A stretch of DNA of 64,000 nt. Origin: Eledone cirrhosa (taxonomy: Eukaryota). The DNA lies in assembly GCA_964016885.1 (NCBI GenBank), contig OZ024740.1, forward strand, positions 167,276,001 through 167,340,000, written 5' to 3'. Positions 1-14,632 of this stretch are shown here, in pieces. The translations under genes were made by a program, and so were the position numbers. Position 1 is the first letter of the stretch, and each line of letters starts with the position of its first letter. Below the pieces are notes generated by a model. The model was given only the letters and a program-made list of their open reading frames with translations. It was not told where the DNA came from and did no database searches.

Positions 1-1188
1 TCGATTTTATTATCCGCTTTGAGAAATATATTGAACCTGCAAGTAATACTCCATAGAGCTATTTTGAAAATAATGGATGACTCATATCAAGCAAATTAAA
101 TAACTTGAGTTTATTCGTGCAATAGTCCAATATTTCTGGTATATTTTAATATATCCTAGATAGATTTATTTACGTAAGCAATTGTCATGGTTAATGTAAC
201 CGTCATTCACGTTTATAAGAAACCACCCACCAGGCGTAATGTAACATCAATTTCCGTGAACTTAATGTTTAATTGAGCAGTAAAATTTGCCTAAAACAAG
301 CACCGTAAATGTCGTTTTTAACGAACGTTGATCCGAAATACTAACGGAGGAAAGGTGGCTGTGCAAGTAGGTTTTTAATTTTCCTTACGTAATTACTCTT
401 TTCTTTGAGTCCATTTCGACACCCACTCTTCCGTCCTTGAATGTTAATTACAATATGATCCTAAATGACATCGATAATTATTTAGAGTTCATCAAATTTA
501 TAGTTTTTATGGTTATCGTAAATATTTATTTAGAACTTTACGGTGTGCATTAGCAGAAAATAAGTGACTGAAACTAGTTTTTTTATTTCTTCTTAAATAT
601 CTAGTAGAATGATCATTTCTGAATCTAACAAAAATACATATATGGGTTCACCTTCATTGTCGACAATAATTTTGCTAGATTTTCAATCTCGTTCTGACAT
701 TAATTGTGAAGAGTAAGCTGTGGTTGATTAGGAGTACCAATAGTTCATCATATAACACAGATTTGTTTATGCTTCAGAACAATAGAAACTTTTTTAGTAT
801 CTGGGGTTATAGGTGTCATAATGATATGACTCGTATAATTCCTTTAAATATGTGTTTAACTGATGTTGAATTATTCTGATATTTTCCTCTGACATTTTGA
901 GAAATAAGTTGAACTCTGAGTAACTATTTGATTGCATACAGCTGTCTGTTTATATTCATAAAATGATTCATAAGCTCATCGATATAGAAAGAAACTGTAA
1001 TATGAAATAAAGTTTACAAAGTGCTGCAATTCTTATTGTCACTATATATACACTTTGCAAACTACAGTCCACATAAATCTGCAGCACAACCTAACGAGGG
1101 ACGGACATAGAAACAGCATCGAGTATTTCGATCAGCCTCACCGCTAGTAACTACAAGTTACCCACCTAATAGCATACATGTGTGAGTC

Positions 1189-1219
<31 letters not shown>

Positions 1220-1832
1220 AGGTGTGTGTGTAGGTATGTGTGTGTGTGAATGAGTGTGTCTGTGAGTGTGTGACAGTGCGTTTGCGTATATATATATATA
1301 TGAATAGAATTAGAATTTAGCTTCTGGCACAGCTGTCTACAGATGTGTATTGGGGTTTCGTATTTCAAAAGAAATAAGGTATATTTACAAATAAACATTT
1401 AGGAAGCAATAGTTATGCCAAAACAGCAGCGGCTAGTGCCGTCTAGCGGTGTCCAGTAGAAGCAAAAGGGGACAATAGTCGATTCATTTCAAACTGAACT
1501 GGTTGTCATTGCTCTTGCAACTGCAGCACTTGAAAACAGGCGAGAATATATACTTTTCTCGTGTATGTAAATGAGGTGATTCATCTCATTTGCATATGAA
1601 AATGTATAAGTTAGCTCACATTATAATAGAAGGGAATTAAAATTTACCTTCGAGCATAGCGGTATACAGATAGGTAGTGATAGGTAGTGATTGAACAATT
1701 CAAATCCCAGGGATATATGATATTAATGAGAATACGTTAAAACAGAAAAGTAGAATGCTTCTAATCTGTTGTAAAATTAACTTTGTTGAATAATCAACAA
1801 CCCATATAACTCATTGCTTATATATATATATA

Positions 1833-3494
1833 TTTATTTACTAAAATAACAGATTAAAGTTTAAGCAAATAATCGCTGCTTTCACCCTTAACGGGATCTT
1901 CTGAAACTAGAAAAATTAATCTGTGAACTCAGAAGTAAATATTTCGAAAAACGTTGAAACCGAAAGAAAACAGGAAGACGACACTTTGGTTCGTTGAGAC
2001 GTTTCCTGGCAATGAACGGAAAAAGCGAAAATAATACGTCATTATTTGGAGCGGTGAGAACAATTACACGCAAAGACAAAACCACATTTATGGTATAGAT
2101 GAATTCGTAGACTAATATTCTATTTACCTGGTTCGTGGAGACGTTCCCTGGCAATGAACGGAAAAAAGCGAAGAAAATACGTCATTATGTGGAGCGATGA
2201 AAACAATTACACGCAAAGACAAAACCACGTTTATGGTATAAATGAAGTCGTAGACTAATATTCTATTTAGGAAACCGAATGATTCTCGGCTTCAGAGTTA
2301 AGAATAATGTAAATAAATTACAGAGGTTATTGAAACACACACCTATCTCTTTAAAAGATATATCATACCCAAAACAGTTTTCGAAGAGATGTCAACATGA
2401 ATGGATCTGTTATTTCTATCTAGACAATTTTTCAATTCCACCTCACCCGTCCCTTCAATCTATCATATTTCTCATTCTTTCTTCTGATGAAGGACTAGCA
2501 TCCGAAATGTTAAGACACTATTCCTGCTATATCAAACGTTAACCTAATATATTCCTACCATATACTGTACCGATTGTGTTGTTATGTCTGTTTACATTTT
2601 ACATTCACACACACACACACTCACACACACTCACACACACACGCGCGCGCGCACATACACACACACACAAACAAGCATAAACACACACACACATATATAT
2701 ATATATATGTATATGGAATATGATAAAGATTTGTAAAAAGCAATATTTTTTTTTATATACATGTTATGTTTATAGAGCACAAGTAGAAAAATGTTTATTA
2801 CATCAAAAAATTATTTTTACTTTTTGTACTTACCTGTTACGAGTAGAGTAGACAACGCAACCTTATTTTTTACATCAAAAGTAACAGTCAGTCTTTGTAC
2901 TTTAGCAACGGACTCACTTGAAATAGCTTTTCAAATGTTTTGTTCATGTTCAATTTGCCAGTTATCCTTTCGTAATTTTATATATATATATATATATTTA
3001 TTAAAATAACAGATTAAAGTTTAAGCAAAGAATCGTTGCTTTCACCCTTACGAGATCTTCCGAAACTAAAAAAGTCAATCTGTGAACGCAGAAGTAAATA
3101 TTTCAAAAAACGTTGCAACCGGAGGAAGACAGGAAGACGATACATTGGTTCGTGGAAACGTTCCCTGGCAAAAAACGGAGAAAAACGAAGATAATACGTC
3201 ATTATTTGGAGCGGTGAAAAACATTTACACGCAAAGACAAAAACACCTTTATGGTATGAAAGAAGTCGTTGACTAATATTCAATTAGGTGGTTCATGGAG
3301 ACGGTCTCTGGCAATGAACGAAGAAAAACGAAGATCATACGTCATATGTTCAGCGAGGAGAACAATTGCACGCAAAGACAAAACCACGTAAATGGTATAA
3401 CTGAAGTCGTAGACTAAATTTCTAACTAGGAAACCGAATGGATGTCGGCTTCAGAGTTAAGAATAAAGTAAATAAAATACAGAGGTAATTGAAA
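1833..3494. repeat. Two ~500-bp direct repeats (1833-2335 and 2996-3494), each containing two ~142-bp tandem subunits
   Basis: Both start taaaataacagattaaagtttaagcaaa after (TA)n and end acagaggt.attgaaa. The subunit tggttcgt.gagacgtt.cctggcaa... recurs at 1987/2129 and at ~3146/3289. Confidence 0.9.
2480..2515 (+). ncRNA. Minimal type I hammerhead ribozyme motif (Penelope-type)
   Basis: tctt-CTGATGA-a-gga(ctagca)tcc-GAAA-tg-TT-aaga. Stem I is tctt/aaga and stem II is gga/tcc. Stem III is probably a CpG-decayed GAAACGT. Confidence 0.6.
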
Positions 3495-4136
3495 TTAAAT
3501 AAATACATACACGGCTTCATATACTTACAAACACAAGCATACGCGAAAACACTCGCCATAGGTGTATAAATACAAGCACGTACACAAGAAAACCCGCACG
3601 CACCTACAGAACCCACGCAACGCCTGTACCCGCACCCATACGAATGTATACACCAAATACACATACAAATATATATTTTTAAAAAAATATATATATATAT
3701 GTGTGTGTGTGCGTGTATACATATAATTAAATAAACGTATATAAATAAATACGTATATAACGCGCGCACACACATACCTACATGTAAATACACGTATGTT
3801 CGGAGACGTACGTCAACCAAAACACAAAGTACACATATACACACACCCTACATACGTACGAACCCGCATGCTCACGTAGACGCAAAACTCATGTATATAC
3901 CTAACCAAATGCACATGTACCAGTATATATAATATATACGCCATAACATATACAAGCAAAAATACGTACGAGGAAGTATACGTACCTTCACAAAACATAC
4001 AGGTAAACTATAATTACCTATACAAATAAGTAATGGTATAAACATAACATATACTTAGCTATCGCAACAATACGTATGATATCCGCGTATAGTTTGTACT
4101 ATCCGTTAGGTTATAATGTGGGGCTGTAATACAGGA

Positions 4137-4450
4137 AAATGTCGTGCCATTTATGTTTACAAGCCGAAATTTGCCTCAGATCTTTTGTTTAAGATGTGGT
4201 CTTTGGCGTAGAGTATTTCCAGGGTCTCAGCGGCGCAGAGGTCACATGGTCTTTTATTTCCGTTATACGATCTAGCCCTAGCTAGGATCTCCCAGTGTAA
4301 CTTATATTGGGTGTGATGTCTTTTAGACTCCAGATATAAGCTGAAGGTGACGTTATATTCCTTCTAAAAGAGTAACGAAAAGAATGGTTATGGATGTAAA
4401 GACGCCGCTTGAATCTATTGGCGGTTAACTCTGTGTAGGCCCTATGGGAC
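4137..4450 (-). pseudogene. Penelope-like element GIY-YIG endonuclease C-terminal remnant (probably Naiad-type)
   Basis: Minus-strand translation YTELTANRFKRRLYIHNHSFR...SAYIWSLKD / WEILARARSYNGNKRPCDLCAAETLEIL...LNKRSE / CKH, with frameshifts. Confidence 0.75.
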
Positions 4451-4625
4451 GTGGGTAAAAGCAGCTATTCTTTGCTTAAACTTTAATTCTTTGCTTAAAT
4501 TTTAATAAATATTTGCTCTACGGTTCTTATATATTTGATATATATTTATCCTTATCGAGCCCTCTTTGGATTTTAGTCTTCAAATGTATTATTATTACTA
4601 TATATATATATATATATATAAATAT

Positions 4626-4696
<71 letters not shown>

Positions 4697-5532
4697 GAGA
4701 GAGAAAGAAAGAAAGAAAGAGAGAGATAGCGGGGAAGAGAGAATTGGGAGAGATGGGGGGATAGACAGAGAGAGAGATCCATCCGCTATGTCGTTCTGTT
4801 CATTACAAAATGTCCAAAGTAGCATTAAATATGCGTATATATATTAATTATCATACACACTCGCTCGAACACTCACAATCTCACCTACAGTCACAAACAT
4901 ACACCCACAATAACAATTACAGGACATACACCTGTAATTAATATAGAGATTACCAACATATTTATTTCACCTAATTGAATTTTTCGAAAATTATTTCAAA
5001 TGGAATGTAATAGAAAGTTGCGCCCAGTGCTCAGTGACACATCAGTCACTAGACTTATCTCAGAGCACCGACGATTTATATTCGATAAAACATATATCCT
5101 GCTGAACCAAAACAATACATTATGTGGCGTTATACAGAAGTAGGTTGATATATCTAGGATTTCAAGCATCTAAATAATGGTTGTGTCAACCAATAATATT
5201 GTTAATGAAATCGATTACAAGAGGTCTCTGTCAACAAATGACTGAACAATAAACAGAAAGAAGTAGTTGATTCCATACTAGTAGTACCTAAATGTTTCAG
5301 AGAGATATTTGGAGGGCGTCAGGAGGTCCAGCTCTAATTTGTATCCAGAAAAGAGAAAAACTGAATTAAAATATGTAATTTATTTAGTGGGTTTTATTAT
5401 TGAAGAACATCCTTTCGAGTTGGAAAAAGTGTTTTTCTTCCGTTCTTTTTGTGTGTTACCAGCTAATCGGAACCCCAAGTTTCTTGCAATCAATTATTTT
5501 TTCCCGAAAAGAGAGGGGCTGGGGTTGGTCCT

Positions 5533-6126
5533 CCAGGAGTTTTCTCTGAGATTTTTTGTTTGCGTGTTATCAACGAATATGACCTCGTAACCAGTCGGAA
5601 ACGATTAGCTTTGTATAAACAAGTAAATTAAAAGGGGCGGGAAGACCAGTACAGTTTCACAAATCTACACCCCCTTTGCATTATTTGGTGATAAATAATT
5701 ATTTGTCTTAAGTATTTTTGTGTACTATCAATTCATCTGACCTAAAACTTCTTGCAATCGATTTCGTTTTAGGGATTAGGTTTTGGATTAGTGTTAGTGT
5801 TAGTGCATGAGTTAAAGGTTAAATTTAGGGGTATGGTTTAGGGTTAGGGTTAGGATGTGGGTATAGGTTTAGGGTTACGGTTTATGTTTAGGTTTAGGTT
5901 TTAGAGTTAGGTTTAGGGTTTTCTTTTTCCGGGTGAACAGATTAATTGATAGCACGCAAGGTAACCGAAGAAAAATTATTTACAACCAAAAGTTAGGTGA
6001 GTGTAGGTTTGCGAAACACCGCTGGTCTTCACACTCCATTGTTTACAAAGCCATTCATTGTCGACTGGTTTGGAGGTCATATTTGTCGATAACACCCGAA
6101 AAGAAAATATAGAGTGAACTCTTTGG
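5533..6126. mobile_element. Foldback/MITE-like element with ~200-bp diverged inverted arms around a degenerate (TTAGGG)n core
   Basis: gtgttatcaacgaatatgacctc...accagtcg...gaagaccag...aatctacac (5564-5670) is mirrored at 6000-6095. TTAGGG-like repeats occupy 5769-5920. Confidence 0.65.
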
Positions 6127-6762
6127 GAAAAAGAGTTTCCACACCTCCTCCATTGTCCTGGAAAAAATGTCGATTGCATCTTACATTCAATGGTTGGTTA
6201 CAACCGATACATACACATAAACACTGAGGCACACAGACATATATATGTATTAATTATATATATATTTATATATATTTGTATAGTAACGAGATATGATATA
6301 TGCAATCAAGGTTACTAAAGTATATTTAATATATAAGTATTTGCAGTGAATACTCATGTGGCAAAGATAAAAAATGGTGCTGATTAAGAAATTATTTATA
6401 ACCCTAACATGATTGCGGTGAAGTGGTTAGATGATGATACAAGGGAAAGCCATATAACCCCTTTAGTGCAATTGTTAACATATTTGATTCGCATGCATCA
6501 TATATGTGGTTCAACTGCCGCGAAGAGACTGTGCTCGGAAATATATCACGTTTATCATTATATATCCACTTCACCCCCATCAGATTAAGGTTATAAATAA
6601 TTTTTTAATAAGCGTCGGACATATTACTTTGGATATGCAGACCACATTATGGTCGGTCGACTGTAATGCAGATCAAATGAAATTCTCAACGATCTGTATA
6701 AATGGTACAAATCAGAGCATTATATAGTATTAACAAGATCAGAGGGAATAAGCAGTTGATTT

Positions 6763-7055
6763 AGGTTTATTTAATTTTCCACGACATATATTTCGATGAG
6801 GAATACCAATTTTGATAGCCTGAGTTCTCGAGGAGGCATCAAGGACTTACAAATATTAAAAACCTTCTTTAAAAATAATTACAAATCTTCCTCGAAAGAT
6901 TTTTCCTTTTCGTGATTCAGGGTACAGCCAAGTACTTAGTGTTGACCGTCGCCGGCGAAGAAACAACATTAACACATTCGGCTGCCTGCAGAGCTCAGGC
7001 TATCAAAATTAGTAGTCCTCATTGAAATATGTATCACGTAGATTTAAATAAACCT
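6763..7055. mobile_element. MITE-like element with ~65-bp imperfect TIRs
   Basis: aggtttatttaa...aattttgatagcctgagttct at the left pairs with agagctcaggctatcaaaatt...ttaaataaacct at the right. Confidence 0.65.
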
Positions 7056-7617
7056 TTAATAAACTATTTATAGCTTCCAATATTTTAATACTATAAAATG
7101 CTTCGGTTTATAGTTAGTCCGTGTACTGTTTGCTGTTGCCACATTTGGTCTGATGCTTCTGTTGTGCAATTTAAGAGTCTGAATAAGATCGAATGAAGAA
7201 TCGTTAACATTATGGTCCAGAGTTTTAATGTCATCCTCAGTCAACATCACATCGCTGCTGAAATGGTGCCACTTTTCACCTTTTTGAGAAATATTTTTGT
7301 GGGAATTGTTCAGATGAGTTTTCTTCTCTATTGTTGCCTATGCAGGAGTGTAAACTGTACACCAGATTTCCGGCTATATCTCATCCGTTTACCGTTGTAT
7401 GATTTAAATGCAATTGCAAATTCCATTCTAATTGTTTCTTCTCTCACCTATGGAATTCTCATCTGGCTTCGTGCTTTCCTGACACCTTAAATTTGTAAAC
7501 ATCCAATAGCAATATCAATCGTGGGTGTCTCTCTCATTATATTATATCCTATGTCTTGTCATTCTCCTTTATAAGTAATACTTTATATTTTATTTGCTTT
7601 ATCGCCTTGCTTGTCAA

Positions 7618-7735
7618 GGCACGTGGCTTAGTCGCTAGAGTGCTGGATTCTCAATCGTGTGGTTGTGAGATCAATTCCTCGGACCGTGTGATGTGCTGTC
7701 ATTGAGCAATACACTTTATTTCACGTTGTTCCTCC
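7618..7735 (+). mobile_element. Decayed tRNA-derived SINE head of a different family
   Basis: gtggcttagtcg (A-box-like), gagatcaattcc (B-box-like), then tgagcaatacactttatttcac. Confidence 0.5.
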
Positions 7736-9989
7736 AGCTAGACGTGGTGACAGGTAGATAGTGTCAGCAATTGAAAGACCAATGGAAACATTGTTTCCTT
7801 TGTCCGATTTGACGAGGTATACCCCACTCGGTAAGTGAATGAGTTCTGGGATCTTGTCGATCGATTGGAGCGAGCCTTGCTTGAGTGAACAAAAATAAAT
7901 TCTAATTTTTTACCCATTTTATGCCCCTTTATGCTACACTTAGAACCGTCCCCGTCGTTGTAGTCATGTAGTTCCACAAGCATATTTTCTATAAAAAATG
8001 CAATGAATAATCAATTATACTACATACAGCGGCCAAAGTTTATAACATGTTTGACAAAGAATAATTCTACAGCATACTTACTTTGACATGTACAACCTAG
8101 TAAGTCTCATTTCAGCTTATTTGTATCATTATGGGAATTTTGGCAGCGATTAAAATACAAGATTGACAGCAAACATCACAAAGATATAGTTCTGGGTAAT
8201 CTGAACCTTTGAAAACTATAACATTTTACTAATCAAACATCACCTCGTTGTTGTCTAAAATTATTGTAAAACTTAATTTCCAAATTTATACCATGAAAAG
8301 TAGTTTTGAAAACGTATAAGTTGATTAAGATAATTTCACGAAAATGTCATTTGGATGGTAAATGTTTGTTATACGGATGGGCGGAGTTATAGATAAAAAC
8401 TAACAACAACACCCGTAAACACAGCAAAAATAATACCAACCGCATAGTATATACAGCAAAAACGTCAGGCTTGCTTCGAGTTATTCTTCAAACAATAGAA
8501 AATAATTCAACACTATCAATAATAAATCAACGTTAATGCAGAAATAGATAAAATACGTATGTTAATAAGATGTATATCGAACAGCGCCTGATATTTTAAA
8601 AATTAATGGAACCTACATGTTTACATCATGTATGTGAACCGTATAATTTATAGTATAAAACTTTCATCCTGCATGTCAATATTTAATGCATCCTTGACAT
8701 CATTGGTAGTGTTCTAATAACAGATATTTTCCTTATTTTTATAATGATCAGGAAAGTAGACAGCAGAAACTATTGAAAGTTGTATTCCGGTGGTTATGTT
8801 GCTCTTAATGATGGAAATATTGAGATTCCCTTGAACTATTACAATTGCAGGTTCACTTCACTCGTTATTCAGGCACGAGTTATATTTTCGACATTGTCAT
8901 AAATAATAATGTTATTGATTGTGCTACCAGTGGTGCTAAGGTATTTTCAACTATTAGTGGCCTAATTCTGGCTGCGATATGGGTTAAGGCTGCTGTACGT
9001 TGCAGCTATGTTATTTGGTCCGTGATTATTGTTGCCATCTTGTTTTCGTTTTTGCTTTAATAACGCATTTGCAGCTGTTGCTGTCTTTTTTCTAATACTT
9101 GTGTAAGCTGAAAATGTTGTTGATCGCCACTTGTCATTAATTATCAACAATCTTTAGATATCTTATATTTAGTCTAGCAGAAATGTAGCATTAAATTTCC
9201 ATAAGACTGACAATTAACAAAGTAGACAATATGAAAGGACACTGTCTAAGTTTCTCGAAGCTGCGTTTAGAACTGTAATCTAATTGTTGGAAGAAACTAA
9301 TTCCTCTTGAAATGAAATAGACAGATACGGATTCTAGCATTAACTACTACAGATGCTTATTTTCATCAACATTATTTAATGTTTTATTATATTTTATATT
9401 CATGTTCACTCTTTGCGCATGGTCGAACAGAATCCGATGGTTTCATCCTTAGGCATAGCTTTACACTGCATGAGTATCAAATTTTCCCTTGATAAAATCA
9501 ATATGATTCAAAGTAAATACTCTTAAAAATCATCAATTACCATAACAAAATAAACATGGAAAAGTAAGAATCTAATAGTGCATAGTATTCTTCGCGTGAA
9601 GGTAAAATAATAGAGGGAGCACAAGAAATTCCTTTCCCGTAAATTTTAAATGTGTCTAGTCTACAATTTGAGAAAATGCGAAAATTTATTTGTTTCGTTG
9701 TTTTTGGCAATTTTTAAATATTATTTGTGATCTGATGGTTTTCATACAAACAAAACATAATGCTGTTATTGTTGCTTGTTTCCTAGAAATATGGAAGTTG
9801 ATGTGTGAATATAAAAAAATTAGTAACCATGGTGATGACATCATTTCTTTCAGGAAATCATGGTGGTATTATAATCCACTAAATGACATGAGTGAAATAA
9901 TTTTTCTTGTTATGGATAATATTATTATCATTATTATTCGTTACGCTTTTGTTTTGGTTAGATATTATATATACAGAATACCAAAAGAG

Positions 9990-10680
9990 CGTGCCATAGC
10001 CATTGGCCAAAGGGCCTTTGGGTCATTCCTACTTTTTCCAACACCCATCTTAGAACTCTTGCTGTTGCCAGTAAGGCTATATTCTGCCACAATCCCCGCC
10101 GAAGAGTAATTCCTAGCTTCTTAATCCATGCACCCAATCTTCTACTAACTGCTCCCAGTGCAACAACCTCTTCTACGTGTCTGATACTTCACAATGTCCT
10201 GATTTCTCTATTCAGCTCCTGGTATTTCTCAACTGTCTCATTCATCCAGAGGTCCCACTTTGAAGCAATATCCCCAATACATACTTTGTTGTTCTTATTT
10301 TCTACGACAAAAACGTCATGCTTTTTAGCCACGATAAAATATTCGTACTGTATGGTTATATCTCACAAGATCTTATACTGTTCATTTTCAGTCACCCTTT
10401 CCGGTTGCTGTTCATAGCATTTCGCTCTTCTGCTCATATAATACTTATGATAGAGCTTCCATTGAACCAATCTGGCAATGTTGACGTACCTTCTCTTGTA
10501 AACTTTCTGAGCAATCATCTTACACATTCATTTTCGCGGTTCCTTAGCCTGGAAACAAAACTTATAAATATTTTCAAATTGAATCCGGACCATAAGATTT
10601 TACCATATTCCTAACTTGCTCTTGGACGTCTTCCCATGAAATTCCTTCATATCTCTCCTTTTGTTCGTTAGATGACTTAT
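9990..10680 (-). mobile_element. Highly decayed 3' fragment of an RLE (R4/Dong-like) LINE
   Basis: Minus-strand translation patches EKYQELNREI, ALGAVS and QNIALLATARVLRWVL resemble the C-terminus of the 55744-59136 protein (NRYQDLKWEV, GALGTIS, QKACLLGTARTLRYVL). An ATT-rich tract lies at ~9919-9938. Confidence 0.65.
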
Positions 10681-12099
10681 ACATTCTTCTTCTTCTTCTT
10701 CTTCTTCTTGAAGACTCTTTAAAAATACATACACACTTTTCTTAAATGTAGAAGATATATACATGGGGTCTTTCTAGAATTATGCAAGAGATAATTATGT
10801 AATATGTTGCCGTACTTAAAACTGTAGGTTGGTTTTAATTGAGCTGTTGCTGCTATATGTTGTAGGCTAGCCAACAAGTTAATTGATGTTCATTGGTTCA
10901 GTATTTTAGAAATTGCTAGCCATGCTTATTTACTCATACAACATAGAGTGAGTTAGAAAAACTTCATTCATCTGCTGAGTATTTGATACTAACTCAATAC
11001 GCCCATATTTAATTAACAAACTAAAAATCAACACATGATTGAAAACCAGAATATATTTCCATCAGTAGAGAAATAATATTTACACATATCGGCGCTGAAA
11101 GGTGTTTAGCAATTTCATTTGAAACGTTAATGTAATCGGAGTTTTAGAAATATAACACATTGCAATGCACTCACAAAAAGATTGATTAAATATTGCCAAA
11201 TATTTATTTCTCTCTTTAACATCTTTACTCATATGAATAAATGTTGTTGAGTGTCTCCCCACACAAAATATGAGAAACTGATACAACTCTAGAAATTTTA
11301 ATTATTATACACGATGAAGCACGTGGGATTTATATGGAAATTGGAAATTATTAATTATAATACGAATTAGCATATCTTTAATAAAATGATAATTAAAACT
11401 TGAAACATGCTTATAATTCTATTAAGATAGAAAGTAACAAAATTCCACACCACTTTTATATCAGATTGGTATCCGAATTACCTATACAAAATTATGTATC
11501 TAATCATGTGTGATAATAACAGAATAGGTGAAATATAACTAACAATTTAGAAACCATTATTTGCCTAAAATATTATAACGAACTATATATAATTGCCTAT
11601 ATTAAAATAGTTTCTCTAAAATATTTCCGCTCGCCGAAACCTTAATTTCGCTAAATATGTGTCTGTTTATATTTTGTTCAGTCCAATGAAAATCCTACAA
11701 ACATAAATCCTACCAACATAAATCAGGAATAACCAGGGGCCAAAGGTTGCGCTAAATTAGTCTTGGAATACGATAAATTACGAATCTACATACTTGGTCA
11801 AACACGATTTACGTCCCTTGTCAAGAATTTGCGGAGAGGGGGGTTCTCGACATAATGGACAAGGATATAACCAGTTGCGGCCCTAGTTTTAACAAAAAAC
11901 AAAAAGCGACAATAACATTATAAACGGAAAAATAGTAAATTAAACATGATAAGCCTTTTGCAACGCTGTTTTAGGCGGAACCGGATGGTTACAAATATCC
12001 CAAATGTATTCTTTTTGATGTAAGAAAATCATTTTCATTGTGTACTAAATATGTGACATGTATGCCAAATAAAACACAACTAGTGAATGTTTTTCACAT

Positions 12100-12146
<47 letters not shown>

Positions 12147-12164
12147 TATTAGAGGTGCAAATTA

Positions 12165-13740
12165 ATTGCGTCTTTCGGCGGTATGCCAAGAGTCTAACCT
12201 ACCTGCAAACTGGACACTCAATGGAACGCTCGGCAGAGTTGCTTCTGCCTTCATTGCTGCAGGCGTTTAAATTTAGCTTTTTTTTTCTGTCATTTTCATA
12301 AGCTTCTGTTCTCTTGCAAAAAGCTTGTATCCATTCAGATCTCTTTGGGCCATTATTTCGCATTGTTGTTCGTCAATGTCATATTTCTGGAAAAATGTTC
12401 TCATGGTGTATTTGTAGAAAATCTTCGACAATCCTCTTACCTCTTACTCGATAGCCCTCTGTTAGTTCACTGTAGAAGTGTTGCATTGGCAGCCTGTTAT
12501 CCTTGACATCTGAGCTTCCAAAGTACTTTTACGTTTGAGACTCTGTGGTAAGATTTGATCTTTAACATACGTCTTAGGCGATAACATTGATCTAGTAAAT
12601 TGCCATTTCTACGGTAGAGGGTTGACGACTCGCATATATACCCGATGCAGTCAGTACAAATGTTCTGTACACTGAGGACGTCACCTGAAGTTTCAAGCCC
12701 CTTTCCTTCCATACATGCTTGTGGTGTCTGTAACAGGTAGCTCTTGTCTTAGCGATGCGGTTGGGTATCTCATTATCGAAACTGTCGGAAAAGGTCTGAC
12801 AGCTACCAATATATGTGATGAGTCAACATAGTTAGGGACCTATTCGTCGATCATTATTTCAGTCATATTTGCTCTTGAAGCCATCGCAGGTAGAAATATC
12901 CCTTCAGTCTCATTTATGTTTATTTTGAATCCAAAGCGCTCAGTTGCCGCAAGCATAAAATCTGTAAGTCTCCTAATGTAATTCGCTGATAGGACAACGA
13001 TAGCAGAGTCATTAGCATACAGGAGGTCACAAGAGATTTAGTGACACTTGTCTTTGACCATTGAAGATAATTCAATCTGTGCTGTATGTGATCTGGATTC
13101 CTGGATCTGAGTATTTCAAGGCAGAGATAAACATCCTTGCATAACTCCGTTAGTGACGGGGAACTCATCATCTTCACTGCCGTTGACTAATCTTGCGTTC
13201 ATGCCATCGTGAAAGAATCTGATTATTTTACCATCTTGGGAAGTATGTGCTACAGACCAGGGCGACACACTGTATCGAACGCCATAGTGAGATCGACAAA
13301 GATAGACAGGTCCATGTTCCGTTCCTTACGATTTTCTTGAATCTGCCTTGCAGCGAATATAATGTCGATCATCCCTCTCTTCTGGTGAAAACCACAGGGG
13401 CTTTCTGGTTCAGACTCATGAAGAAGATAGGTATTCAATCTGTTTAAAAAAAGCTTGGAAAGGATATTGCCTGCAGTGCTTAATAGGAAGATCCCACTAT
13501 AGTTGTCACAACTGGACTTGTCACCTTTGCTTTTGTACAGGTACACTATTCAGGCACCTTTCAAATCTTGAGGTAAACAGCCATTCTTCCAGCGCGGACA
13601 GAGGAACCCAGCAAACTTCTGTATCATTAGCTTACCACATGCTTTAAAAAGTTTAGGCGGAATGCCATCTGAGCCTGTTAACATACCACATGGTAAATCT
13701 GCTATTGCTTCTGTCATCTCACCTTCTTTTAAGCCTAGAT
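12165..13740 (-). mobile_element. Decayed 5'-truncated RTE (BovB-like) LINE
   Basis: Minus-strand fragments LYKSKGDKSSCDNYSGIFLLSTAGNILSK, PESPCGF...RGMIDIIFAARQIQE, FVDLTMAFDTV.RPGL and a YANDS (YADD-like) motif, with many stops and frameshifts. Confidence 0.85.
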
Positions 13741-14346
13741 TTCGCTTAAAGCAACAACAATCAGGGACTTAGCAGTCCGTTTCCGTTGGCAGTAACATGT
13801 ACGAACCCAGAGATCCTCCTCTGTTCCTTTCCCTGTCTGTCGGCAGAGGGACAGAGGATCGTTGTTTCGTGTTTGTCATGGTTTTGATGTGAGATATCGC
13901 TAAGTGCCATGCGCATTGGTAATTTAATGTTGTTTGCGCGGAGCATCTGCAACTCTTTCCATCAGCCACCACATGTCCGCGGCAAACCGAAGTAAGAGAG
14001 CTATTTTCAAGGGGTAACTCGCGAAGCAGTGGAGACAGATGCAGGTCGTATAGTTCACTGCCAAACTGTAGCAGAGTCTTATCTCTTATCTTTTTTTAAT
14101 ATGCATATGAAACATGTTAACATTTCAAATCTAACTATTTAAGCATATGTACACAGACTTGGATGGCCGTTGACTCTCATGAAGACCTCCGCCTTTTAAG
14201 GAGTTTTGTTTTTCATTGCGTTTAGTGTGCCAGAGTGATCCTATTCGCCAATCAAGCTTGGTGCGCTTGGCGTTTTAGCCGCCAACGCCCAGAATATATG
14301 TGGCTGGCTGTATTGGATTACATGTTACATGTAGCAATCAAGGTTA

Positions 14347-14408
<62 letters not shown>

Positions 14409-14587
14409 CACACGCGCACGCACACACACACACACACACACACACGCACGCACGCACGCACACACACACACGCAAACATACACACACACTTATATATATT
14501 TATATATATATATATTTTTATCTATTTTTATTTCATAAACATATATATATATATGTATATATATACTAATACTTACAACCCCCCCCC

Positions 14588-14632
<45 letters not shown>

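Noticed and set aside
1987-2270. CRISPR-like array or tandem-ribozyme array in the 142-bp repeats
   Set aside because: There are only two contiguous units with no spacers, in a eukaryotic context. GAAACGTC is present on - but there is no CUGANGA core.
5769-5920. True telomere or chromosome-fusion site
   Set aside because: The tract is short, degenerate, single-orientation and embedded between inverted arms.
7068-9150. Possible host exons or LINE fragments (ORFs 7068-7250, 7212-7490, 8845-9060, 8962-9150)
   Set aside because: No recognisable domain or convincing splice context could be supported by eye.
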